Of a DNA stretch of 32,000 nucleotides, positions 24,752-32,000 are shown piece after piece. Position 1 is the first letter of the stretch. Every line of letters starts with the position of its first letter. Origin of the DNA: an uncultured Opitutales bacterium (lineage in GTDB: Bacteria > Verrucomicrobiota > Verrucomicrobiia > Opitutales > Intestinicryptomonadaceae); contig CAKUIA010000014.1 in the NCBI GenBank assembly GCA_934660865.1, positions 1-32,000 of the forward strand, in the 5' to 3' direction. Below the pieces are notes generated by a model. It saw only the letters and a list, made by a program, of their open reading frames with translations. It searched no databases and was not told the origin of the DNA. Both the position numbers and the translations under genes were made by a program.

Positions 24752-26338
24752 CTACATTAGCGTTGCAATAAAGAAGCCCGCTACAACGGCAGTGCCTATA
24801 ACGCCTGCCACATTCGGGCCCATTGCGTGCATAAGCAGGAAGTTGCTCGGGTCTGCCTTTTGGCCTTCGATGTGCGAAACGCGCGCGGCCATGGGAACTG
24901 CCGAAACGCCTGCCGAACCTATAAGCGGGTTAATCTTGTCTTTGCTAAACAAGTTCATAACCTTTGCCATAAGTACGCCCGCCGCGGTAGATATCATAAA
25001 GGCAACAACACCGAGGAAGAGAATCGACAAGGTTTCCGTACGGAGGAATTTGTCGCCGGTCATTGTAATACCGACCGAAGTTCCCAAGAATATTGTTACA
25101 ATGTTTATGATTTCGTTTTGTGCCGCTTTGTTCAGGCGTTCGCAAACGCCCGATTCCCTTAAAAAGTTGCCCAACATAAGCATGCCAATAAGGGCCGAGG
25201 CATCGGGTACCAAAATTATGCAAAATGCCGAAACAACGATTGCAAATATAAGCTTTTCCAAACGCGAAACTTTGCGCAGGCTTTTCATTCTTATCTTGCG
25301 CTCGGCCTTTGTTGTAAGCAAACGCATAATCGGCGGCTGTATAATCGGAACAAGCGCCATGTAGCTGTAGGCCGCAACCGCAATGGGAGCCATTAGGTGC
25401 GGGGCAAGCTTGTTTGAAAGGAATATCGAAGTAGGGCCGTCGGCGCCGCCGATAATGCCTATAGAGGCCGCTTCCATACAGTTAAAGCCAAGGCAGATTG
25501 CCCCGAACATTGTAAAGAATACGCCAAACTGGGCGGCTGCACCCAAAAGCAGGGTTTTTGGGTTGGCAATTAAAGGACCAAAGTCGGTTAAAGCTCCTAC
25601 GCCCAAGAAGATTATCGGCGGGAACAATTCCAACAAAACGCCCCATTGAATGTAGTAGTACAAACCGCCCGTATGCGCGGCATAAGCCTTCATTAGGGGC
25701 TGGCCTTTTAAAACGTTTTGGCCTGCGGCAACGTTTATGTCTATAACCGTGCCGGAGGAGTTTGCCCAAACCAGCTCGTCGGAGGGCCTTACTGCAATGT
25801 CGCTACCGTTGAATTTAACGGTAACAATGCCGTTGCGCCAGGCAGTGTCGGATTTTTCTGCAGGGCGTACAATAGCCAACAAATTGGGAACACCCTTTGC
25901 CTTTGTTTCGGCTTTGTCTAAATCCGAGCTAAACTCGGTTTTTGTGGCCGATTGAACATTGTCCAAAAAGCTTTGAATGTCTTTTTGCGCATTAACGGGT
26001 TCGCCGTTGTCGTTAAGCTTAACAATGCGCCAAAACGCGTCGGGTTGGTCTTTTAAAACGCGGGGCAAATCCAGCTTTTGGCCTTCTTTTGCGAAAACCG
26101 CCGCAACAGTGCCGTTGTCGGGAGCAAGAATTTCGCCGGCGGGCTTGTTTACAACGCCGTTTGTGGGCAAATTAGCCAACAATGCGCCAAAGGCTATAGG
26201 TATTAAAAGCAGGGGTTCAAATTGGTGTTTAACCGCCAAATAAAACAAAACCCCAACTACAACCCACATGGTAATCATACGCCAGTCTATATAAAATAGA
26301 CCGGAGTCCCATATTAGGTTCATCAAGTCGTTTAACAT
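24752..26338 (-). CDS. Na+-translocating decarboxylase beta subunit (OadB/MmdB/GcdB family) with a large loop insertion
   Basis: 528 aa. Conserved blocks: FEPLLLIPIAFGALLANLP, FLGVGALTDFGPLIANPKTLLLGAAAQFG, IGIIGGADGPTSIF, PIIQPPIMRLLTTK, NPLIGSAGVSAVPMAARV and NFLLMHAMGPNVAGVIG. About 165 extra residues lie between the first two blocks. Confidence 0.9.
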   Translation of the reverse strand: MLNDLMNLIWDSGLFYIDWRMITMWVVVGVLFYLAVKHQFEPLLLIPIAFGALLANLPTNGVVNKPAGEILAPDNGTVAAVFAKEGQKLDLPRVLKDQPDAFWRIVKLNDNGEPVNAQKDIQSFLDNVQSATKTEFSSDLDKAETKAKGVPNLLAIVRPAEKSDTAWRNGIVTVKFNGSDIAVRPSDELVWANSSGTVIDINVAAGQNVLKGQPLMKAYAAHTGGLYYYIQWGVLLELFPPIIFLGVGALTDFGPLIANPKTLLLGAAAQFGVFFTMFGAICLGFNCMEAASIGIIGGADGPTSIFLSNKLAPHLMAPIAVAAYSYMALVPIIQPPIMRLLTTKAERKIRMKSLRKVSRLEKLIFAIVVSAFCIILVPDASALIGMLMLGNFLRESGVCERLNKAAQNEIINIVTIFLGTSVGITMTGDKFLRTETLSILFLGVVAFMISTAAGVLMAKVMNLFSKDKINPLIGSAGVSAVPMAARVSHIEGQKADPSNFLLMHAMGPNVAGVIGTAVVAGFFIATLM

Positions 26339-26350
26339 AAAAAGCCTTTG

Positions 26351-26701
26351 CTATTGAATGTTTGCCAGAGGTTGGCCTTCGGTAATATTTTCGCCTTTGC
26401 TTACCATAATCTGCGAAACCGTGCCCGCCTTGGGGGCAAAAACAAAGGTATTCATTTTCATTGCTTCCAAAGTGAAAAGCTTGTCGCCTTCCTTTACGCT
26501 TTGACCGGCCGATACGTCTACCGAAACAACCACTGCCGAAAGGGGGCTTAATACCGCGCCATCGCCCGAAGCCGCGGCCTGGGGAGCCTGCTGTTGAGCC
26601 ACTTGTGCGGGAGCTGCCGCAGCTTGTGCGTTAGAGTCTAAAACTTCAATCTCTACGTTGTAGGATACGCCGTCTACTGTAATTTTTAATTTTTTATTCA
26701 T
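26351..26701 (-). CDS. Stand-alone biotin carboxyl carrier subunit of a Na+-translocating decarboxylase (MmdC/GcdC-like)
   Basis: 116 aa. N-terminal MNKKLKITVDGVSYNVEIEV, an Ala/Gln/Pro linker, and a biotinyl domain with LEAMKMNT (the biotin-attachment Lys within AMKM). Confidence 0.9.
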   Translation of the reverse strand: MNKKLKITVDGVSYNVEIEVLDSNAQAAAAPAQVAQQQAPQAAASGDGAVLSPLSAVVVSVDVSAGQSVKEGDKLFTLEAMKMNTFVFAPKAGTVSQIMVSKGENITEGQPLANIQ

Positions 26702-26713
26702 TTTTAAATGCCT

Positions 26714-27022
26714 TTATTTTGAAGATTTATCGGAAGGGGTTATAGAGCGGATTTCGCATTTTGCGCCGTTTGTTGCAACATATACGGCCGCCGCAACTAC
26801 CGCCGCCAATTTGCCGCCAACAGCTGCGTTGCTTGCCTGGGGCGCAGCTACGGGTTTTGCGGGCTGCTCTTTTACAAACTTTTTAAAGAAAAAGCCGACA
26901 ATGTTTGTTATTGTCGAAAGCAGATAAAGAATTATACATACAACGCAAAAGCCCAACAACATATAGTTGCAGGTTTGCAGTATGCTCGGTTTTAGTGGTA
27001 GTAAGGCGGCTAATGTAAACAT
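26714..27022 (-). CDS. OadG/MmdD-like small membrane anchor subunit
   Basis: About 82-102 aa, with one hydrophobic helix (MLLGFCVVCIILYLLSTITNIVGFFF), an Ala/Pro linker and an AAVVAAAVYVAT segment like the C-terminal motif of OadG-family proteins. The position immediately upstream of BCCP and the beta subunit fits. The start is uncertain: ATG 27022 or internal ATG 26962. Confidence 0.65.
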   Translation of the reverse strand: MFTLAALLPLKPSILQTCNYMLLGFCVVCIILYLLSTITNIVGFFFKKFVKEQPAKPVAAPQASNAAVGGKLAAVVAAAVYVATNGAKCEIRSITPSDKSSK

Positions 27023-27150
27023 TTTTTGTTTTGTATTAAAAGTTTTTAGCTATGTTTGGGAAAGGGCTTTTGTCCTTTGTTTTTAGGGAAAGGCGGACAA
27101 ATATGCGCATTTTTTTGCACAAGAGTTCGTAATTCTAAAAAAACACCTAA

Positions 27151-27179
27151 AATTTATGTTTTGTTTATTTTAAAGTCAA
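27151..27179 (-). promoter_or_regulatory. Candidate sigma70-type promoter for the decarboxylase operon
   Basis: The minus strand reads TTGACT-17 nt-TAAATT (-35 at 27179-27174, -10 at 27156-27151). This would give a ~120-nt leader. The call rests on pattern match only. Confidence 0.3.
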
Positions 27180-27410
27180 TATTTTAGACTGCAAATTTAA
27201 AAAAAATTGCCGTATTTTCGGGGTATTTTTAGGGTTAAAAAATAGGCGCGCCCTAACTTTTAATCATAAAAGGATTTTTGCATTGCAACGGGTATATTTA
27301 TTTATTTTGTGAGGTTTATTTTTGTTAGAAAAATTTGCAAAAAGCCAAAAAGTATTTGTACGGCGCATTTTTTGCCATGCTTTTAATTGCAGACAAGGTT
27401 TTTTAGATAT

Positions 27411-27441
27411 AAAAAAAGCGGCTTGGCAAAAGCCAAACCGC
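27411..27441 (-). terminator. Intrinsic terminator after frdB
   Basis: Minus-strand RNA gcgguuuggc-uuuu-gccaagccgc (one G-U pair) followed by uuuuuuu. Confidence 0.75.
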
Positions 27442-27464
27442 AATGTGTTTTGTTTAATTGAAAA

Positions 27465-28220
27465 TTAGTCGCACAAAGCCTGGCGCGCCTTTGCGGCGGC
27501 ATAGTCGCGGTTCATCTTTGCGATGTTGTCCAAAGTAATTCCCTTCGGGCAAACCGCCTGACATTCGCCGTAGTTTGTGCAGTTGCCAAAGCCCAATGCG
27601 TTCATGGTTTCGACCATTGCTATTGTGCGCTTGTCCTTTTCGGGAGCGCCCTGCGGCAATAGGTTAAGCTGGGTAACCTTTGCCGAAGTAAACAACATAG
27701 CCGAAGCGTTGGGGCAGGCCGCAACGCACGCGCCGCAACCTATGCAAGCGGCCGCGTCCATAGCCTTGTCGGCAATCTGCTTTGAAATAAGAACCGCATT
27801 TGCGTCTTGCGGGGCGCCCGTTCTAATCGAGATATAACCGCCTGCCTGCTGTATAACCTCGAAAGCGTCGCGGCTGACAATCAAGTCTTTCTTGACGGGG
27901 AAATTGCCGGCTCTCCAGGGTTCTACAACAATCGTGTCGCCGTCGTTAAACTTGCGCATGTGCAACTGGCAAACCGTTGTTTTGCGTTCGGGGCCGTGCG
28001 GAATGCCGTTAATAGTCATCGAGCACATACCGCAAATGCCTTCGCGGCAGTCGTGGTCGAAAGCGATTGTGTCTTTGCCTTCTGCAACGAGCTTTTCGTT
28101 AAGAATGTCCATCATTTCAAGGAACGAGCTGTCTTCGCTGATATTGTCCAGCGAATACATTTCAAAATGTCCCTTTTCGTTGGGTTTGTTTTGTCTCCAA
28201 ACTTTTAAATTGATTTTCAT
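27465..28220 (-). CDS. frdB: Fumarate reductase/succinate dehydrogenase iron-sulfur subunit
   Basis: 251 aa. Cys clusters [11 protein letters not shown] (2Fe-2S), [12 protein letters not shown] (4Fe-4S) and [12 protein letters not shown] (3Fe-4S). Confidence 0.93.
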   Translation of the reverse strand: MKINLKVWRQNKPNEKGHFEMYSLDNISEDSSFLEMMDILNEKLVAEGKDTIAFDHDCREGICGMCSMTINGIPHGPERKTTVCQLHMRKFNDGDTIVVEPWRAGNFPVKKDLIVSRDAFEVIQQAGGYISIRTGAPQDANAVLISKQIADKAMDAAACIGCGACVAACPNASAMLFTSAKVTQLNLLPQGAPEKDKRTIAMVETMNALGFGNCTNYGECQAVCPKGITLDNIAKMNRDYAAAKARQALCD

Positions 28221-28240
28221 AAAATCTGTCTCCTGTTATA

Positions 28241-30172
28241 TTATTTGTACGAACGTACAACGGGTGCTACTTCGTCGTGGGTAATGATTTCCTTTTGCAT
28301 TACGGGTTTCTTGTTCGGGCCTTGATATTCCCAAACCGAAACGTGCGAGAAGTCTTTGTCGTTGCGCTTTGCTTCGCCTTCGGCGTCCTGATATTCTTCG
28401 CGGAAGTGCGCGCCGCACGATTCCCTTCTTTCGAGGGCGTCCATGCAAACGATTTCCGCAAATTCGAGGAAGTCTGCAACGCGGTTGGCTCTTTCAAGCT
28501 CGTTGTTGATGTTGTTTGCGTCGCCTACAACCCTTACGTTCTTCCAGAAGTCTTCGCGGATTTGCGGTATCAATTCCAAAGCCTTTTTAAGACCCGCTTC
28601 GTTTCTTGCCATGCCGCAGTATTCCCACATAACTTTGCCGAGCTGCATATGGAAGTGGCGGGGGCTGTATTGACCCTTAATCCCCATAAGTTTTGAGATT
28701 TGCGATTTAACGTTGTCGATGGCTTCGTTGTACGATTCGCCGTCGGGCGTAAGGTTTTGCGCGCCTTCCCTTGCCAAATAGTCGGGCAAGGTGTTGGGAA
28801 TGACAAAGTAGCCGTCCGACAAGCCCTGCATAAGCGCCGAAGCGCCCAAGCGGTTTGCGCCGTGGTCGGAGAAGTTTGCTTCGCCCAATACGAAAAGGCC
28901 GGGGATTGTGCTTTGCAGGTTGTAGTCTACCCACAAGCCGCCCATTGTGTAGTGCGAGGCGGGATATATTCTCATTGGACGCTTGTATGCGTCTTCGCCC
29001 GTAATTCTTTCGTACATTTCAAAAAGATTGCCGTATTTGTCGGAAATCGTCTTTTGACCGTCGCGCTTGATTGCGGTTGCAAAGTCCAGATATACGCCGC
29101 GGCGCGAACCGCCAACTGCGGGACCAACGCCTCTGCCGTCGTCGCAGGCTTCCTTTGCCGCCCTCGACGAGATGTCTCTGGGAGCCAAGTTGCCGAAGCT
29201 CGGGTATTTGCGTTCCAAATAGTAGTCTCTGTCGGCTTCGGGGATTTCGTTCGGGTCTTTTACGCAGTCTGCCGCATTCTTGGGCACCCAAACGCGGCCG
29301 TCGTTTCTGAGCGATTCGCTCATAAGGGTAAGCTTGGATTGCTGGTCGCCGTGCTGGGGTATGCAGGTGGGGTGAATTTGCGTAAAGCACAAGTTTGCAA
29401 AGCCCGCCCCGCGCTTGTAGCAACGGTAGGCCGCCGTTACGCTGCAGCCCTGTGCGTTTGTCGAAAGGTAGAACACATTGCCGTAGCCGCCCGTGCAAAG
29501 CAATACGGCGTCGGCCGCAAATGCCTTGATTTCGCCCGTGCAAAGATTGCGCGTTACAATGCCCTTTGCGTGGCCGTTAACTACAACCAAGTCGAGCATT
29601 TCGTGGCGCGAATATACCTTTATTTTCTTTGCGGCAACCTGCTTGTTAAGGGCGGAATATGCACCCAACAAAAGCTGCTGGCCTGTTTGACCCCTTGCAT
29701 AGAAAGTTCTGCTAACCTGTGCGCCGCCGAAAGACCTGTTTGCCAACAAGCCGCCGTATTCCCTTGCAAAGGGAACGCCCTGGGCTACGCATTGGTCTAT
29801 TATATTGTTGCTAACTTCGGCCAAGCGGTAAACGTTGGCTTCGCGCGAGCGGAAGTCGCCGCCTTTAACCGTGTCGTAGAAAAGCCTGTAAATGCTGTCG
29901 CCGTCGTTCTGGTAGTTCTTTGCGGCGTTTATGCCGCCCTGGGCCGCAATCGAGTGCGCGCGCCTGGGGCTGTCTTGATAGCAAAAGCACGAAACGTTGT
30001 AGCCTTGTTCGGCCAAAGTTGCGGCCGCCGAAGCACCCGCCAAGCCCGTGCCTACAACAATAATGTTGTACTTTCTGCGGTTCGAGGGGTTTACAAGCTT
30101 CATGTGCGCTTTGTGGTTCGACCACTTTTGCGAAATTGGCCCTTCGGGGATTTTTGGATCGAGATTCATCAT
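28241..30172 (-). CDS. frdA: Fumarate reductase/succinate dehydrogenase flavoprotein subunit
   Basis: 643 aa. FAD-binding motif [29 protein letters not shown] (covalent-FAD His region), HPTC, HYTMGG and RLGASALMQ motifs. Confidence 0.95.
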   Translation of the reverse strand: MMNLDPKIPEGPISQKWSNHKAHMKLVNPSNRRKYNIIVVGTGLAGASAAATLAEQGYNVSCFCYQDSPRRAHSIAAQGGINAAKNYQNDGDSIYRLFYDTVKGGDFRSREANVYRLAEVSNNIIDQCVAQGVPFAREYGGLLANRSFGGAQVSRTFYARGQTGQQLLLGAYSALNKQVAAKKIKVYSRHEMLDLVVVNGHAKGIVTRNLCTGEIKAFAADAVLLCTGGYGNVFYLSTNAQGCSVTAAYRCYKRGAGFANLCFTQIHPTCIPQHGDQQSKLTLMSESLRNDGRVWVPKNAADCVKDPNEIPEADRDYYLERKYPSFGNLAPRDISSRAAKEACDDGRGVGPAVGGSRRGVYLDFATAIKRDGQKTISDKYGNLFEMYERITGEDAYKRPMRIYPASHYTMGGLWVDYNLQSTIPGLFVLGEANFSDHGANRLGASALMQGLSDGYFVIPNTLPDYLAREGAQNLTPDGESYNEAIDNVKSQISKLMGIKGQYSPRHFHMQLGKVMWEYCGMARNEAGLKKALELIPQIREDFWKNVRVVGDANNINNELERANRVADFLEFAEIVCMDALERRESCGAHFREEYQDAEGEAKRNDKDFSHVSVWEYQGPNKKPVMQKEIITHDEVAPVVRSYK

Positions 30173-30201
30173 AATCTTTTAAATTCTTTTAAAGTTGTTG
30201 T

Positions 30202-31059
30202 TTATTTGCCTTGTTCGGCGGCTTTTGTTATGCAAAGCGCCGCTTTTGCCGATTTTTGGCATTCAATGCCCTTGTAGTTTACAAAAATCTTGTCGTTGTT
30301 CTTTTGGGCGTTGATTTGCTCTACAATCTGGCTTTGGGGGAAGATGTTAACGCAGGTGTATTTGCTGAGCAAAACGGCTGCGGGGTTCGAGGCAAAGCCG
30401 AAGAAAATTACAACCGCATAGAGAACCGCGATTTTGTTTAGAATGTAGCGAACCTTTTCGTTTCTAAAACCGACCGTTTGGAACATGCTGGAAACCGCAT
30501 GCGAAAGGTGGAAGGCAATGGCTGCCAACGCAACTATGTAGAGAATCGAAACAATGTCGCAGCTAAAGCCGTATACAAGCATTGCGTATACGTCGTGAAT
30601 GGTTTTGCCTTCGTACATGCCCGAAGTCGCAACCCATTCGAGCTTTTTAAACACGGGGTCTATATTCAAAAGGGTAAAGTGCATTAAGTGCAAAACAACA
30701 AAAAGGATTATTACGGTTCCCGTATAAATCATTGTTCTTGCCGCAAACGATGCCGCCAAATACTTCTTTACCGCGTATTTTTGCGGGCGGGCAGCCTTGT
30801 TTTCCAAAACAAGCAAATAGCCCATAAGAAGGTGTAATACTATGCAAAGGGCCATTACGGCACGGAAACCCCAAAGGAATTCCCAGGGCAAGGTCTGCAA
30901 AAAGTTTGCATAGGCGTTAATTGCGTTAGGTTCTCCCTCGAAAGTCTGCAAATTGCCCAGCATATGCATAAACAAAAACGCTACAAGCACAAAGCCCGTA
31001 AGCGCCATTACAAACTTCTTTATTAGGGAAGACGTTATTGTTGTTTTTAGGTACGACAT
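30202..31059 (-). CDS. frdC: Fumarate reductase/succinate dehydrogenase dihaem cytochrome b subunit (single-subunit, five-helix type)
   Basis: The track start at 31104 is a TTG, and I prefer the ATG at 31059 (MSYLKTTITSSLIKKFVMALTG). Four candidate haem-ligand His residues sit in hydrophobic helices (FMHMLGN, IVLHLLMG, VVLHLMHF, AFHLSHAV). The gene order C-A-B fits this type. The protein has a ~55-aa hydrophilic C-terminal tail. Confidence 0.85.
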   Translation of the reverse strand: MSYLKTTITSSLIKKFVMALTGFVLVAFLFMHMLGNLQTFEGEPNAINAYANFLQTLPWEFLWGFRAVMALCIVLHLLMGYLLVLENKAARPQKYAVKKYLAASFAARTMIYTGTVIILFVVLHLMHFTLLNIDPVFKKLEWVATSGMYEGKTIHDVYAMLVYGFSCDIVSILYIVALAAIAFHLSHAVSSMFQTVGFRNEKVRYILNKIAVLYAVVIFFGFASNPAAVLLSKYTCVNIFPQSQIVEQINAQKNNDKIFVNYKGIECQKSAKAALCITKAAEQGK

Positions 31060-31139
31060 AATCTGTGTTTTTGATGTGAAAATACTAAGACGATAAATCT
31101 GCAAAATTTTTGGAATTTTTCAACTCTTTTTTCCGAAAA

Positions 31140-32000
31140 CTAGTCTACCTGTTGTATGTAGTCGAAATTCGACAGCAATTCGCAGCCGTTTTCGGTTATC
31201 CTTACGCAGTCTTCTATGCGGCATGCCCCTACGTTTTTATAGTATAGTCCCGGTTCGTCGGTTACTACCATTGCCGTTTTCAGAATGTTTGCGCCGGTAG
31301 AAAGGCGGGGCGCTTCGTGAATGTCCAGGCCGACGCCGTGCCCCGTGCTGTGGAAAAATCCGTACCACGCGCCGTTTTTGCAGTAGGTTTTAAAGCCCGC
31401 TTTTTCGAAGATTTCCACAACCTTAAAGTGCGCCTTGTTTGCGGCAACGCCGTCGTGCAATGTGTCTAAAACGGCGTCGTGGGCGTCTTTTACGGTCTGG
31501 TAAATCTTTTTTTGGTCGTCGGTGGGCTTGCCCTTTACAAAGGTTCGCGTCATGTCGCCGAAATAGCCGCTCGAATTTAGGCGGGGGAAAATATCCGCAA
31601 CAATGGGCGTGTTTGCGTATATCTTGCCGTAGCCAATGCAGTGGGGGTCGCAGGCCTGGTTGCCCGCCGCAATTATCGTAGACTTTGCCAGCGCGTTGTT
31701 GCGCATACATTCCAAGTCGGTTTCGCGGCGCAAAATTTCGCTTGTAAGGGGCTGGCCGTTCCAAATTAAGGCTCCCTTTTTGTCTACCGAAGAATTTGCC
31801 AATATTTTTCTTATAAGCGCGTAGCACTTTGCCGAAACCATATTCGCCTTGCGTATTTCGGCGGCCTGGCGCTCGTCTTTAAAGACCCTTTCGGGGAATA
31901 TTTCGCCGTCGGCTACAACAATGTCGAACTTTGTCCTGCGCAGTTTTTCCAGCATAAAGGCGGGGAAATTGCGCGGCACCAAAAATTTTTTAAGGCCAAG
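31140..32000 (-). CDS. M24-family metallopeptidase (Xaa-Pro aminopeptidase/dipeptidase-like), 5' end outside window
   Basis: Pita-bread fold motifs: ACDPHCIGYG, VADIFPRLNSSGYFGDMTRTF, HSTGHGVGLDIHEAP, VVTDEPGLY and CRIEDCV (metal ligands D, D, H, E, E). The reading frame stays open upstream of the track TTG start at 31982, up to the window edge. Confidence 0.85.
   Translation of the reverse strand, partial: LGLKKFLVPRNFPAFMLEKLRRTKFDIVVADGEIFPERVFKDERQAAEIRKANMVSAKCYALIRKILANSSVDKKGALIWNGQPLTSEILRRETDLECMRNNALAKSTIIAAGNQACDPHCIGYGKIYANTPIVADIFPRLNSSGYFGDMTRTFVKGKPTDDQKKIYQTVKDAHDAVLDTLHDGVAANKAHFKVVEIFEKAGFKTYCKNGAWYGFFHSTGHGVGLDIHEAPRLSTGANILKTAMVVTDEPGLYYKNVGACRIEDCVRITENGCELLSNFDYIQQVD

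Noticed and set aside
24792-26243. Plus-strand ORFs (190, 111, 88, 72 aa and others) across the oadB-like gene
   Set aside because: They are antisense shadow ORFs. I checked whether the insert region (25670-26164) might be a separate gene on either strand. The minus-strand frame is continuous through it, so it is part of the beta subunit.
27052-27132. 26-codon plus-strand mini-ORF (MFGKGLLSFVFRERRTNMRIFLHKSS) in the long spacer
   Set aside because: It has no RBS and its orientation opposes both flanking operons. The length is expected by chance in AT-rich DNA.
27245-27252. GGCGCGCC 8-bp GC palindrome inside an AT-rich spacer, flanked by taggg/cccta
   Set aside because: This is a single short palindrome, and the same octamer also occurs inside frdB at 27482-27489. 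That is not enough evidence for an operator or a repeat family.
28700-30277. 525-aa plus-strand ORF covering most of the frdA region
   Set aside because: This is a shadow ORF antisense to a full-length, motif-rich flavoprotein gene. Its translation is Val/Ala/Arg/Cys-rich low complexity with no recognisable motifs. It also runs across the frdA/frdC junction, which a real gene would be unlikely to do.
31060-31104. Longer frdC start (TTG at 31104) and longer lipoprotein start (TTG at 8194)
   Set aside because: Both are non-ATG starts that add residues with no signal or helix character. ATG codons directly precede the expected N-terminal features. The true starts remain unverified.
1-32000. Search for CRISPR repeats, IS elements, integrases, toxin-antitoxin or other defence-type genes
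   Set aside because: I saw no regularly spaced direct repeats, no terminal inverted repeats and no ORF with transposase, recombinase, nuclease or ATPase defence-like motifs. All ORFs over 100 aa are accounted for by metabolic genes or their antisense shadows.

Overview
The window holds 25 tightly packed protein-coding genes, two of them truncated at the window edges, and almost all are core metabolism of an anaerobic bacterium. GC is roughly 45-50% by eye and I cannot identify the organism. I found no rRNA, tRNA, CRISPR array, transposase, integrase or recognisable defence gene. Left to right: fabV (partial), ispA-like and metF as a minus-strand operon; a divergent conserved hypothetical; a K+-dependent membrane pyrophosphatase with a Na+-type gate residue; a lipoprotein plus a LOG-family gene; hemW-like; serA-plsY-hom, translationally coupled; a GH42-like lipoprotein plus a DUF4886/SGNH esterase pair; lysC-thrC-cimA; an OlsF-like two-domain acyltransferase. 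A long minus-strand energy-metabolism block follows: frdCAB, oadG-like/BCCP/oadB-like, and a ScpC/YgfH-type CoA-transferase, then a partial M24 peptidase. I see no convincing multi-gene novel system. The best leads are: (1) a decarboxylase beta subunit carrying a ~165-aa loop insertion with biotinyl/lipoyl-like half-motifs; (2) a fumarate reductase / Na+-decarboxylase / CoA-transferase supercluster with no carboxyltransferase subunit; (3) the OlsF-like aminolipid synthase candidate; (4) a two-gene carbohydrate module inside an aspartate-family locus; (5) an uncharacterised 258-aa protein divergent from metF. Most long antisense ORFs in the track are shadow ORFs.
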